From positions 5,810-69,809 of the forward strand of contig LUZK01000026.1 in assembly GCA_001603595.1 (NCBI GenBank): a stretch of 64,000 nucleotides of DNA, written 5' to 3'. Below the pieces are notes generated by a model that was not told the origin of the DNA, did no database searches, and saw only the letters and a program-made list of their open reading frames with translations. The position numbers and the translations under genes are program-made. The DNA is from Bacteroidales bacterium Bact_19. Lineage in GTDB: Bacteria > Bacteroidota > Bacteroidia > Bacteroidales > ML635J-15. Positions 43,131 to 56,653 of this stretch are shown here, piece by piece. Numbering within the stretch: the stretch's first letter is position 1; every line of letters starts with the position of its first letter.

Positions 43131-43331
43131 TTTTGCAAAACTACTACTTTTTATAAATTTAGAGAAATTAAAACCTTATTATACAACATATTTTTGTAAA
43201 TTTTTAATTGATAATAGTCATATAAAATTATGGAATTTATCAGTTAAGATTGTCATTAAGTTTATTCATAAATTGGTATATATAAAACTATCGAGAAAGT
43301 TTTTATTTTTGCAGAAACGAATTTTTAGAAT

Positions 43332-44072
43332 TTGAAGCTTAGTAAAGAAAATATTAACGCTATTCTAGGAACAATTTTGTTTCATCTTATTATCGTTATT
43401 ATTCTTTTAGTAAATAAGATTCAATCCTTAACAATTCATGAAGAAACCTACATGATTATTGAGCCTGAATATATTGAGGAAATCACAAAAAAACCTGTTG
43501 AAGAAAATATTCTTGGCGAAGATTTTAATATTCAGGACTATATTAATGAATTTAGAAACGTAGCCTCAAACAATCCTGTGCAATATCAAAAATTTGAAGC
43601 AATGTCGGAAGATGAGCTTAGAAAATATTATGAAACACAATTTTTAAATGAAAAATACGGAGATAATCCAATAAGATATCAAGATAAAAATCAGGGGAAT
43701 CAAGATAAACAGGAAAACAAGGAAAACTCTAAAAATGATAAATCTAAAAATGAGAATAATAATTCCGACAATTATCAAAATTATTCTGGTCCTGCACTGG
43801 TATTTGTAGAGCTTGAAAATCCCAAGAGGGGCAAAATATATATTGAAGTACCTGTATTTACATGCCGTCATGGTGGTAAAGTAGTTGTGGATATTCTAAT
43901 TGGCTCGGATGGCAGAGTTCGTTCTGCTAACGTTATTTCAGCAAATTCATCAGGTGATGCTTCGTGCATTTCTGAAGCTGCTTTAAGAGCTGCAAGAAAT
44001 TCAAGATTTACCATGATATCAGGAGGCAAAAACGAAAAAGGAAAAATAACATATACTTTTATTGAACAATGA
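43332..44072 (+). CDS. TonB-like energy transducer / TonB C-terminal domain protein
   Basis: TM anchor with GTILFH; charged linker; GKVVVDILIGSDGRV...A...A..SRF...GKITYTF; TTG start. Confidence 0.75.
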   Translation: MKLSKENINAILGTILFHLIIVIILLVNKIQSLTIHEETYMIIEPEYIEEITKKPVEENILGEDFNIQDYINEFRNVASNNPVQYQKFEAMSEDELRKYYETQFLNEKYGDNPIRYQDKNQGNQDKQENKENSKNDKSKNENNNSDNYQNYSGPALVFVELENPKRGKIYIEVPVFTCRHGGKVVVDILIGSDGRVRSANVISANSSGDASCISEAALRAARNSRFTMISGGKNEKGKITYTFIEQ

Positions 44073-44845
44073 AATACAATTTTAGTACAATCCAAACCGA
44101 TAAAAATAATGAAATTAGATGGATAAAACTTAATAATCCATTGAAATATAATAAGATAAGCAAATTATTTATAAATGAACTTGAAGTTATTTTCGACCAT
44201 TGCATTAATGAAAATGATTTAAAAGCAGTTATAATTTATAGCGATGATAAAGTATTTTCGGCAGGAGGCGACTTAAAAGAAATAGCTGGTGCAGATTATA
44301 AACAAGCTGAATTGATGTGTTCGAGGGTTCAATCAGTTTTCAGAAAACTACATTCCATACCGGTACCGGTTATTTGTTGCTTGAAAGGAATTGTTTTCGG
44401 GGGTGGGCTTGAGCTTGCTCTGCATTGCGATATAAGATTTGCCGACAAAACCACAGTGCTAAAAATGCCCGAAACTGATTTAGGGCTCATTCCTGGTGCA
44501 GGAGGAATAACTTTACTTTCTAAATATCTAAGTCCTGCTGATACTTTTTATTATTTATCTATCGGAAAAGAAATCCCCTTAGAAAAAGCTATTTATAAAG
44601 GTTTGCTTCAAGAAATAATTGAAGATGAAGATGTGATTAAATACGGTTTTGATTTTGCAGAAAAATTAGCTGTAAAACCAAAAGAATCTTTAACTGCTTT
44701 AAAGTCTGTTCTATATACAGCTCTATATAATGACACACTTGCCGGTTTAGATGCAGAAATAAAAGAATTCAGTTCTGTTGTTCAACTTTGTGGCAATAAA
44801 AAGATAGAAATGTTTTTTAAAGATAAAAAGAATAAAAATGAGTGA
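44069..44845 (+). CDS. Enoyl-CoA hydratase/isomerase (crotonase family)
   Basis: FSAGGDL, GGGLELALHCD, MPETDLGLIPGAGG (both catalytic Glu positions present). Confidence 0.92.
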   Translation: MKYNFSTIQTDKNNEIRWIKLNNPLKYNKISKLFINELEVIFDHCINENDLKAVIIYSDDKVFSAGGDLKEIAGADYKQAELMCSRVQSVFRKLHSIPVPVICCLKGIVFGGGLELALHCDIRFADKTTVLKMPETDLGLIPGAGGITLLSKYLSPADTFYYLSIGKEIPLEKAIYKGLLQEIIEDEDVIKYGFDFAEKLAVKPKESLTALKSVLYTALYNDTLAGLDAEIKEFSSVVQLCGNKKIEMFFKDKKNKNE

Positions 44846-46688
44846 TAGCTATATCTTTACTGGAATACATTTTGTAACCGGACAGTATAAAATCAGCAAT
44901 TCAGAAATTCAAAAAGCCATCGAATCAGGTATTTTAGAAGGATTCGATCAAAATCGCATAAAAGAATCTGATGAATTCAAATCACAATCAGACTTAAACG
45001 AATTTGAATTTTTATGCAAAACACTTATGGGATTTGAATTTCGGTATCACGTTGTACCATTTCCACCGGATTTTAATCACATGGAAGAAGCAGAAGACGT
45101 AGTTTCACTATGCGTCAAAGCCACAGAAAATGTTCTTCAAAAAACCGGACTTAAAGGAGACGATATTGATGCATGGTTTGCAAGCACTGCTACACAATCG
45201 CATATTACTCCAGGAATAGCAGAATTTATTAAATCTTATTTTACGGGCATACACAATCAAAAGCCAACATATTCATTAACATCTGCTTGTGTTGGATTTA
45301 ACATCAACCTTGAAAATGCCATAAATTATTTTAAAAACCATCCTGAAGCCAATCATATTTTAATAGCTCATGGAGAGATTATGTCATCCTTGCTAACTAA
45401 AGAAAGAGATTTTGTTCCTTATGTAACTTTTGGGGATTCTGCAGCAGCAGTGGTTCTTTCACGTGTTAAAACAAAAAAACAATGTGGCGTTATTGCAATT
45501 ACCAATCATGAAGATACAACAATGATTGACTTTTTAGCTTCTGATTCAAAAGGAAATCTGATAATGAATCCCAGAATGGTTAAAAACAGAGCCGTACCAA
45601 ATATTACAAAAGCTTTCAAAATAATCGAAGAAAAAAGTCAAACTGGATTTGTTGATGTTGACATTTTTATCCCGCATCAAACAGGAAATGCAATTGTTGA
45701 CAGTGTTGTAAAAAACTTGAATCTTGACCAAAATAAAGTTTTCAAAGACATTCAAATAAAGTATGGAAATCTCTCAGGAGCCTCAATTCCTGCGGCATTT
45801 TGCGAACTTGAAAATCAAAAAAAACTATTACCCGGCATAAAAGTTTTTACTGCTGTAGCAGGACTTGGTGGAGAATTTGGGGGCTTTTCCTATATTGTTC
45901 CGGAAGAAAAAATTAAGTTTGATTCTAAAAAAGAATTGGAAGGTAAAACTATTCTAATTACTGGAGCTTCAGGAGGATTAGGCAAAGAAATAGCTCTATG
46001 TGCTGCTGAAAATTCTTGCTCAAACATATTGCTTCAATATAATTCCGGCTCAAAGGAGGCATTAAGTATTAAGAAAAAAATCGAATCTGAATTTGGATTA
46101 TGTTGCAGAATATACAAAGCAGATTTATCAAACGAAAAAGAAATAAAAAACTTTAAATCAAACATTTTAAGTAACTTTAAATCAATTGATTACCTAATTT
46201 GCACACATGCTATTACCGGTCCACTTGCAAAAGCAGGCGAAACTTCAATTGAAGAATATATAAGAGTTATGGAAGTAAATTATCGGTCTGTTAAAAATAG
46301 CGTTGAGATTTTTGCTGATTCAGTAAAAGAATGTGTATTAATTACAGGTTCGGTTGGCGAAGATGCACAATTTCCCGGGTCTGCTCCTTACGTTGCTTCA
46401 AAAAGAGCTTTAAGAGCATTTGCTAGAGAATTTGCAAATACTTTATATCAACGAAATGTTAGGTGTATTTATTATCTGCCGGGTGTTATTGATTCGGGAA
46501 TGGTAAGCATTTTAAATGAACAACAAATAAGTGCTTCATTACAAGCAATAAGACAAAAAAAACTTACACCGGTAAGAGAAATAGCTCGCAGAATTTTGCA
46601 TTCTACCTACAGACTTAATGTGCCTAATGTTCGCAGAAGTATGGAGTCGAAACTAATTGTAATAAAAGATTCTTATCGGAATTATTAA
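44838..46688 (+). CDS. KAS III (FabH-like) - SDR oxidoreductase fusion, copy 1
   Basis: Cys-His-Asn triad (SACVGF, PHQ, YGNLSGAS), FGDSAAA; SDR TGASGGLG and PYVASK (YxxxK). Confidence 0.85.
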   Translation: MSDSYIFTGIHFVTGQYKISNSEIQKAIESGILEGFDQNRIKESDEFKSQSDLNEFEFLCKTLMGFEFRYHVVPFPPDFNHMEEAEDVVSLCVKATENVLQKTGLKGDDIDAWFASTATQSHITPGIAEFIKSYFTGIHNQKPTYSLTSACVGFNINLENAINYFKNHPEANHILIAHGEIMSSLLTKERDFVPYVTFGDSAAAVVLSRVKTKKQCGVIAITNHEDTTMIDFLASDSKGNLIMNPRMVKNRAVPNITKAFKIIEEKSQTGFVDVDIFIPHQTGNAIVDSVVKNLNLDQNKVFKDIQIKYGNLSGASIPAAFCELENQKKLLPGIKVFTAVAGLGGEFGGFSYIVPEEKIKFDSKKELEGKTILITGASGGLGKEIALCAAENSCSNILLQYNSGSKEALSIKKKIESEFGLCCRIYKADLSNEKEIKNFKSNILSNFKSIDYLICTHAITGPLAKAGETSIEEYIRVMEVNYRSVKNSVEIFADSVKECVLITGSVGEDAQFPGSAPYVASKRALRAFAREFANTLYQRNVRCIYYLPGVIDSGMVSILNEQQISASLQAIRQKKLTPVREIARRILHSTYRLNVPNVRRSMESKLIVIKDSYRNY

Positions 46689-46720
46689 TAATTAAAAAAT
46701 ACAATCAAAAATTATTCATA

Positions 46721-48538
46721 ATGAAGCATATAAATTACATATTTAGTGGCTTTGGTTATTCACACGGTAAATACAAAATCTCCAATAAGGACATACAAGA
46801 TGCGATAAGTAAATCTTTTCTGTCAGGTTTTAAAGAAGACAGAATCTCAGAAAGCGAAAACTTTTTAAAATATAAAGCTAACAATCCTGATGCAAGAGCT
46901 TTTGATTATTTTGTGACCGAAATTATGGGTTTTTACGAAAGATACCATGTGAGTCCATTCCCGCCCACACGCAAAAAGTTGTTTTATTCAGAAACATCAT
47001 TAGATTTAGCGGTAAAAGCAGTAGAAAACTGTTTGATTGACGCAAAAATAAAAGCTGAAGAAATAGATGCATGGTTTGTCAGTACAGTTTCACCTCAACA
47101 AAAAGCTCCCGGAATTGCAGCAAATGTAAAAGCATTCTTTGTTGAAAGTTCTAATTACACACCGGCATTTAGTCTTCAGAGCGGATGTGCAGGTTTTTTA
47201 TTGAATCTCCAAAGAGCAATTGAATGGTTGAATTCACATCCCGAAGCAAAAAATGTTGTAATTGCTCACAGTGAAACAATGTCTTCGTTCTTGACTCAGA
47301 GAATTAAGTTTGTGCCTTTTGTTACATTTGGGGATGCTGCTGCTGCCGTTGTTTTAACAAAAATAGAATCAGAAGAAAAATTTGGTATTATTTATTTGAA
47401 TAATTATCAAGACCAATACATGCTTGATTTTGTGGGTGTTGATAAGAACAAAAATTTATATATGGACGACCTGTTAATAAAAGACAGGGCCATAAAAAAC
47501 ATTACCGATTCAGTTGTTGATTGTCTTAAAGCTACAAATCATAAAATTGAAGATATTAGTTTTTTCGTTCCTCACCAAACCGGTAATGCAATTATTTTTC
47601 CAATAGCTAAACATTTTTCAATTCCTAAAGAAAAAATTATTCTATACGGGCAACACAAATACGGAAATGTATCGGGAGCTACTATTCCAATAACTTTAGC
47701 TCTGTTGCAGGAAAATAATGAGCTTTACGATGGTTCCAAAATTTTATGTGCCACTGCTGGTGTAGGGGGCAATTTTGGAGCATTTTTGTATTCACATAAA
47801 ATCACAGAAAAACCTAAAGAGTTTTACCTATACGAAAATGATTTTAAGAATAAAACCTGCCTTGTATTGGGAGCTTCAGGACATATTGGTTCACAATTAG
47901 CAATAGAACTACAAAAAAGAGGAGCTGATTTAATTTTACAGTATAATTCTGCTCCTCATAAAATTGAAATTTTTAAAAATCATATTCAATTAAAATGTGA
48001 TTTAAAAAAAGAAACTGATGTTGATAAGTTTATTAATCATTTACAAAACCTCAATTCCAAAATTGATTACGTTTTTAATCTTGCAGGAACCACTGAGGCG
48101 AACGATTCAATGCAAGTTAATTTTTATTCACCGATTAAAATATTTAACAATCTAATTAGTAAAATAAAATCAGCAATAATTCAATTAGGAAATTCATCTG
48201 AAGATTTTGCTTCAAACGATTGCTATGAATGGGCTGCATCCAAAAGAGCTCTACACGGATATTTAGCATCGGCAAGTGGCGAATTCCTTAAATACGGGAT
48301 AAAGATTATTTATATCCAGTCAGGATTTACAAACCAAGGTATTTTTACTAAATTACCCGAAAAGTATATATTTAAGACAATGTTATTGTCAGGACAGGAT
48401 GATAGTATAAAAACAGATATTCTTGTGAACAAAATTGTCAATTCTCCGTATAAATCAAAAGTTTTAGGTATGAGATCCTCTTACGAAAATGCAATGTTGC
48501 TTTATCGTTACGGATATCATCAAGATGTTGACATTTAA
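46721..48538 (+). CDS. KAS III (FabH-like) - SDR fusion, copy 2 (degenerate SDR active site)
   Basis: SGCAGF, PHQ, YGNVSGAT, FGDAAAA; SDR LGASGHIG but WAASK instead of YxxxK. Confidence 0.85.
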   Translation: MKHINYIFSGFGYSHGKYKISNKDIQDAISKSFLSGFKEDRISESENFLKYKANNPDARAFDYFVTEIMGFYERYHVSPFPPTRKKLFYSETSLDLAVKAVENCLIDAKIKAEEIDAWFVSTVSPQQKAPGIAANVKAFFVESSNYTPAFSLQSGCAGFLLNLQRAIEWLNSHPEAKNVVIAHSETMSSFLTQRIKFVPFVTFGDAAAAVVLTKIESEEKFGIIYLNNYQDQYMLDFVGVDKNKNLYMDDLLIKDRAIKNITDSVVDCLKATNHKIEDISFFVPHQTGNAIIFPIAKHFSIPKEKIILYGQHKYGNVSGATIPITLALLQENNELYDGSKILCATAGVGGNFGAFLYSHKITEKPKEFYLYENDFKNKTCLVLGASGHIGSQLAIELQKRGADLILQYNSAPHKIEIFKNHIQLKCDLKKETDVDKFINHLQNLNSKIDYVFNLAGTTEANDSMQVNFYSPIKIFNNLISKIKSAIIQLGNSSEDFASNDCYEWAASKRALHGYLASASGEFLKYGIKIIYIQSGFTNQGIFTKLPEKYIFKTMLLSGQDDSIKTDILVNKIVNSPYKSKVLGMRSSYENAMLLYRYGYHQDVDI

Positions 48539-48546
48539 TTGATTGT

Positions 48547-51860
<3,314 letters not shown>

Positions 51861-51924
51861 TGGATTGTGTGGAAAGGTTGAAATTATAAACCTTGAAACT
51901 CATATTTAATTCTTTTTAAAAAAT

Positions 51925-52755
51925 TTATTTTTCTTCACTTTCATCTTCATTTTTTTCTTTAATGATATCGCAAACACATCTAAATCCAATCCAGCTTTCA
52001 GGTTTATAATATCTAAAATCCGTGAGGACAGTAACTTCTTCGGGACGTTGTCGCCATGAACCCCCTTTTGCAATTCCATACTCATCAATCATTTCAGCGA
52101 CATTACCTAAAATATGATAAATCCCAATTACGTTTGGACTATAAGAATGCACAGGAACTGTAATTTCAGATTCAACCGGAGCTTTTATGTAATCATCTCC
52201 AAAATTAAATTTAAAAACCTCGTAAAGAGCTATTTTTTCTTTTAACAATAGCTTTCTTATTTTTCGGGGAAAATCATAAGCAGCAGCTTCCTCCCATTCC
52301 TTTCTTGTGGGCAATCTGAATTTTATACGCTTTGGTATCTGAACATTACTAATATCTGTACCCGGTTTGATTTTATTTTCTTTGAAATAAATATATTCAT
52401 TAACTCTATCTGTTCTCCACTCACAGTACTTTACGGCTTGCTCATAGGTTACACCAACAACAGGATAATTGGCATAAGCCGGATGACGTAAATAAAGCGA
52501 TACATAAGCCAATCTTGTTTTCGTTCCCCAGACTGTTGTATCAGGCAATATCGAAATAAACTCAGGACTTTTAGGACCATATTTTTTGGCTGTCCAGTAC
52601 ATATACTCTCTGTAATTGAGATTTGTAACCTCAAATTTGTCAATGTAGGTACTGTCATTAAGTTTAACTGTTCCGGGAGGTACAATTCTTTTTTGAGAAA
52701 ACAAACTATAAAAAAACAAAATCTGAAATACTAACAAAATTAAAGTCGTCTTCAT
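51925..52755 (-). CDS. FGE-sulfatase (SUMF1/GldK-GldJ-like) domain protein
   Basis: EVTNLNYREY, LPDTTVW, YLRHPAYANYPVVGV, RLPTRKEWE, GNVAEM, KGGSW, IGFRC. Confidence 0.85.
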   Translation of the reverse strand: MKTTLILLVFQILFFYSLFSQKRIVPPGTVKLNDSTYIDKFEVTNLNYREYMYWTAKKYGPKSPEFISILPDTTVWGTKTRLAYVSLYLRHPAYANYPVVGVTYEQAVKYCEWRTDRVNEYIYFKENKIKPGTDISNVQIPKRIKFRLPTRKEWEEAAAYDFPRKIRKLLLKEKIALYEVFKFNFGDDYIKAPVESEITVPVHSYSPNVIGIYHILGNVAEMIDEYGIAKGGSWRQRPEEVTVLTDFRYYKPESWIGFRCVCDIIKEKNEDESEEK

Positions 52756-52910
52756 AATAACTAATTAAAAAATTTTAACAAATTTCATTTTTTTTTTTAA
52801 TAATTCAAATGATTGTTAAAATTTATTGATAAAATTGTTTATAAATAATTCTGAAGATTTTTGGCTATTAAAACAAATAATTTTAATTTAGTCTAAAATT
52901 ATAATTAAAA

Positions 52911-53360
52911 ATGGAAATAAAAAATTACAACTTATCAATAAAGGCAATTTTAACGGATTACCTCGAAAGAAAAGGTTACAGAAAAACTCCCGAAAGGTTT
53001 GCCATACTTGACGAAATATATAGCAGAGAAGGACATTTCGACATAGAAAGCTTGTATATATCAATGAAAAATAAAAATTATCAGGTTAGCCGAGCTACAT
53101 TATACAATAATATAGATATTTTGATTGATGCAGGCTTAATTATTAAGCATCAATTCGGGAAAAATCACAGTACATATGAAAAAGCCTATCAATGCGGTCA
53201 ACACGACCACATGATTTGTTCAAGTTGCGGGAAAGTAATTGAGTTTTGCGACCCTCGAATTTCAGAAATAGAAAAAACCTTAAAAAAGAATTTTAATTTT
53301 GATATTACGCATCATTCTTTGTATTTTTACGGCATTTGTAAAGATTGTAAAACTAGGTAA
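52911..53360 (+). CDS. fur: Fur family transcriptional regulator
   Basis: [32 protein letters not shown]; upstream of purA as in other Bacteroidota. Confidence 0.9.
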   Translation: MEIKNYNLSIKAILTDYLERKGYRKTPERFAILDEIYSREGHFDIESLYISMKNKNYQVSRATLYNNIDILIDAGLIIKHQFGKNHSTYEKAYQCGQHDHMICSSCGKVIEFCDPRISEIEKTLKKNFNFDITHHSLYFYGICKDCKTR

Positions 53361-53383
53361 TTTTTTTTTTAATTGCGGATAAG

Positions 53384-54649
53384 ATGAAAGTAGATGTTTT
53401 GTTAGGGCTCCAATGGGGTGATGAAGGAAAAGGAAAAATTGTTGACGTTATCACACCAAAATATGATATTATAGCTAGGTTTCAAGGAGGTCCCAATGCC
53501 GGACACACCCTTGAATTTAATGGGATAAAACATGTTTTACACACTATTCCTTCAGGTATTTTTCATGATAACACCGTAAATTTAATAGGTAATGGAGTTG
53601 TTATTGACCCTATTATTCTAAAAAAAGAAATTCTTGAAGCTCAAAAAATCGGAGCTAATCTTAAAGAAAATCTTTTAATAAGCAATAAAGCACAACTTAT
53701 TTTACCGTCTCACCGTATTCTTGATAAAGTATACGAAGAAACAAAAGCAGAAAAGAAGATTGGAAGTACGCTTAAAGGCATAGGACCGGCATATACCGAT
53801 AAAACAGCAAGAATAGCCGTCAAAACAGGAGATATATTTGATAGTAAATGTTTTATCGAAAAATATAATAATGCCAAAAGCCATCACATAAAAATTTTGA
53901 ATGGTTACAATTATTTTGAAAGTTTTGATGAACTTGAAAAACAATGGTTCGATGCTGTTGAATTTTTAAAACAATTTAAATTTGTTAATTCAGAAAATTA
54001 TGTAAATCAAGCAATTAAATTAAAAAAATCTATTCTGGCCGAAGGTGCTCAAGGTTCACTGTTGGATATAGATTTTGGTTCCTACCCTTATGTTACTTCA
54101 TCAAACACAACCTGTTCGGGAGTATGCACAGGATTAGGAATATCGCCTAAAAAGGTAGGTAAAGTTTATGGGATTGTAAAGGCATATTGCACAAGAGTTG
54201 GTAGTGGCCCATTCCCAACAGAACTCACTGACGAAATCGGGCAATATCTTAGAGACAAAGGACACGAATATGGTTCAACTACAGGAAGACCTCGTCGTTG
54301 TGGATGGCTCGACCTTGTTGCTCTTAAGTACTCCATAATGCTTAATGGTGTTGATAAACTTATTGTTACAAAAGCAGATGTGCTAAGCGGATTAGATACG
54401 TTAAAAGTTGCAGTAGCTTATAAAGTAAACGGAGAAATTACAACAGAAATGCCTTATGATTTAAGCTCAATTAGCGAAATTATCTACGACGAATTACCAG
54501 GCTGGAAAAAAGATATTTCCAAATGTAGCAAATTTGAAGAATTACCTGTTGAACTTCACAACTATTTAAAGTACATTTCAGTAAATACGGGAGTAAAAAT
54601 AAAATACCTAAGCGTTGGTCCCGACAGATCTCAAACGCTTAAAATTTAA
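53384..54649 (+). CDS. purA: Adenylosuccinate synthetase
   Basis: QWGDEGKGK, GGPNAGHT, EGAQG, GSTTGRPRRCGW. Confidence 0.97.
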   Translation: MKVDVLLGLQWGDEGKGKIVDVITPKYDIIARFQGGPNAGHTLEFNGIKHVLHTIPSGIFHDNTVNLIGNGVVIDPIILKKEILEAQKIGANLKENLLISNKAQLILPSHRILDKVYEETKAEKKIGSTLKGIGPAYTDKTARIAVKTGDIFDSKCFIEKYNNAKSHHIKILNGYNYFESFDELEKQWFDAVEFLKQFKFVNSENYVNQAIKLKKSILAEGAQGSLLDIDFGSYPYVTSSNTTCSGVCTGLGISPKKVGKVYGIVKAYCTRVGSGPFPTELTDEIGQYLRDKGHEYGSTTGRPRRCGWLDLVALKYSIMLNGVDKLIVTKADVLSGLDTLKVAVAYKVNGEITTEMPYDLSSISEIIYDELPGWKKDISKCSKFEELPVELHNYLKYISVNTGVKIKYLSVGPDRSQTLKI

Positions 54650-54670
54650 CCACAGAAAATTTTTGTGGTT
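54648..54670. terminator. Hairpin between convergent purA and oxidoreductase
   Basis: AACCACA...TGTGGTT inverted repeat. Confidence 0.55.
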
Positions 54671-54681
54671 AAATTTTGCAA

Positions 54682-56562
54682 TTAAATAGGAAACTCTCTC
54701 AATAACTCATGAACGCCTTTATGAATTTCATACCAAAAATCATAAGCAGCTTCATGCTTATTTTCTTCGAAACGTTTCACCCAATAATCAAGTTCGGAAT
54801 TATTCTTTTCGGTCTTTTGTTTAAGTTTTAAAAATGTAAAGACATAGTCAATATTTCTTTCTGATTCCCAGAAAACGCTGGAGTTACGGCTATTAATTCT
54901 ACTAGCAGCCAAATCAATTGATTTTAAAAATCCCTCTTTGTCTCCAAACAATTTCTGCACTATATCAGGCATAATGTCTTCTGCCCATGCTCTATGGAAT
55001 CTGCAAATACCAAGATTGTCGAGAATAAGTTCTTTTTTCATTCTAGTTGCAGATATTCTTCCTAATTCACGTGGAGAGAAAAATGCTCTGCCATAATCGT
55101 TGTAGTATTTTCCCATAATACCCATTGGAGACAAAACTCCGGGAGTCCAATACTGATTTGGCACCATCCAACCTTGGCGAGCAAATGCGGTATAAACAAA
55201 TTTATCCATTATTTCTTTTGAAATGCATTTTGCCCAAGCTCTTGCAATTTTACGGGCACCAAGGCTCAAATCTATTTTTGATTCCGGTTTAACTATTTCA
55301 TCAAGTAAAGCAATTGCCAAATTTGCATTGTGCATAGAATCATTTACCAGATCAAAATTATTTACATCCCATTTTGGTTTTCCTTTAACACCGAGCTCTT
55401 CTTCGCCGAGTAATCCTGAATCCATGCAATCCAACAACCAAGCTAAAACCCCACCGATGGAAATTGCATCAAATCCTAAACTATCGGCCTTATGATTTAA
55501 TTTTTCTGCAGCACGTTGGTCGAAGATTCCACAAAGTGGTCCCATTGTATGATATGGTTCGTAATCTTTTTTAAATTCATCTTTCATTTTTTTACAAACA
55601 GCAACACAAGGCTCACCACAATTTTTGAATTGTTTGGGCATTATTGTTTCTTCATTAAACTGTGCCAGATAATGATCGAGAACAAATTCCTTGTGTATTT
55701 TGAGTCTTTCTTCACTTGACCAGTAAATAGTTCTGTAATTGAAAGCAGTCATGTGTTCGCCTAATGAAGCATAATTAACACCGAATGTGCCACCAGTGTT
55801 AAAATTCGGGTCATATCTGTATTTTGTTGTTGCTTCAAGATCTTTTGCCGACAATTTTTTATTATATCTATCTTCGAACCATTGATCTGCAACTTTTCGG
55901 TCACGGAAGTCCTCGTCAACAAATGTTCCACCATAAATCACAGCAGCAATTCCATGTTCTGTTAGAAGTTTAGTTCCAAAACCTCCTCTACCTGCCCAGG
56001 TATCTACATAAGTCAGTAAACCTTTTTTTACAGGTGCCGAGCAAATAGCTCCTATATCCGTATATTTTGATGCCGGACCAACGGCTAAAACTCTTGGGTC
56101 TTCTTCGTATCTGTCGCCAAAAAGATTTAAAGCATGTTGCATCATAGCATAAACCCCTTTTCTGCCTTGTTGCCACACCTTATCAACATCAACAGGAACA
56201 ATTTCTATCTGAATTTCTTCACCATGAATACGGTTAAGATATAAAATTGAAGGAGTTACAGCTTTTCCCTTGATTGAAAGCATATTTATCCCCAAATTAT
56301 CGAATACAAGACCTGCACCACCCATACTCGAAATATAAAAGCCATGCCAGCAAGGACTTATGCCGGTAAATATAAGACGATTAGACCCAGGGAAAATTGA
56401 GCCTGCCAATAATCCAGTGCCAATGTTAAGACTATTATGTTTATATGCCAAATGTAATCCTAAATCAACAGGTCCCCAAAATTTTCCGATATTGAATCGC
56501 ATGGTTTTATAAAATCCGCTGCCTGCATCAATCATTAAAGTTTTTAACTGTGATTGTAACAT
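54682..56562 (-). CDS. Aldehyde:ferredoxin oxidoreductase family (W/Mo-pterin), GAPOR-like
   Basis: AGSIFPGSNRL, SSMGGAG, WAGRGG, KYRYDPNFNTGGTFG.NY, CGEPCVAVCKK, GFDAI, DNLGICRFHRAW; these match my recollection of archaeal GAPOR; TATCTTTG box at 56587-56594. Confidence 0.85.
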   Translation of the reverse strand: MLQSQLKTLMIDAGSGFYKTMRFNIGKFWGPVDLGLHLAYKHNSLNIGTGLLAGSIFPGSNRLIFTGISPCWHGFYISSMGGAGLVFDNLGINMLSIKGKAVTPSILYLNRIHGEEIQIEIVPVDVDKVWQQGRKGVYAMMQHALNLFGDRYEEDPRVLAVGPASKYTDIGAICSAPVKKGLLTYVDTWAGRGGFGTKLLTEHGIAAVIYGGTFVDEDFRDRKVADQWFEDRYNKKLSAKDLEATTKYRYDPNFNTGGTFGVNYASLGEHMTAFNYRTIYWSSEERLKIHKEFVLDHYLAQFNEETIMPKQFKNCGEPCVAVCKKMKDEFKKDYEPYHTMGPLCGIFDQRAAEKLNHKADSLGFDAISIGGVLAWLLDCMDSGLLGEEELGVKGKPKWDVNNFDLVNDSMHNANLAIALLDEIVKPESKIDLSLGARKIARAWAKCISKEIMDKFVYTAFARQGWMVPNQYWTPGVLSPMGIMGKYYNDYGRAFFSPRELGRISATRMKKELILDNLGICRFHRAWAEDIMPDIVQKLFGDKEGFLKSIDLAASRINSRNSSVFWESERNIDYVFTFLKLKQKTEKNNSELDYWVKRFEENKHEAAYDFWYEIHKGVHELLREFPI

Positions 56563-56653
56563 ATCCTTTTGTTTTTATTATTTTTGCAAAGATATTATTT
56601 TTACTTAAATTCAGTGAGAATATTCAATAAAAACATACCAAAACCCTGAATAA

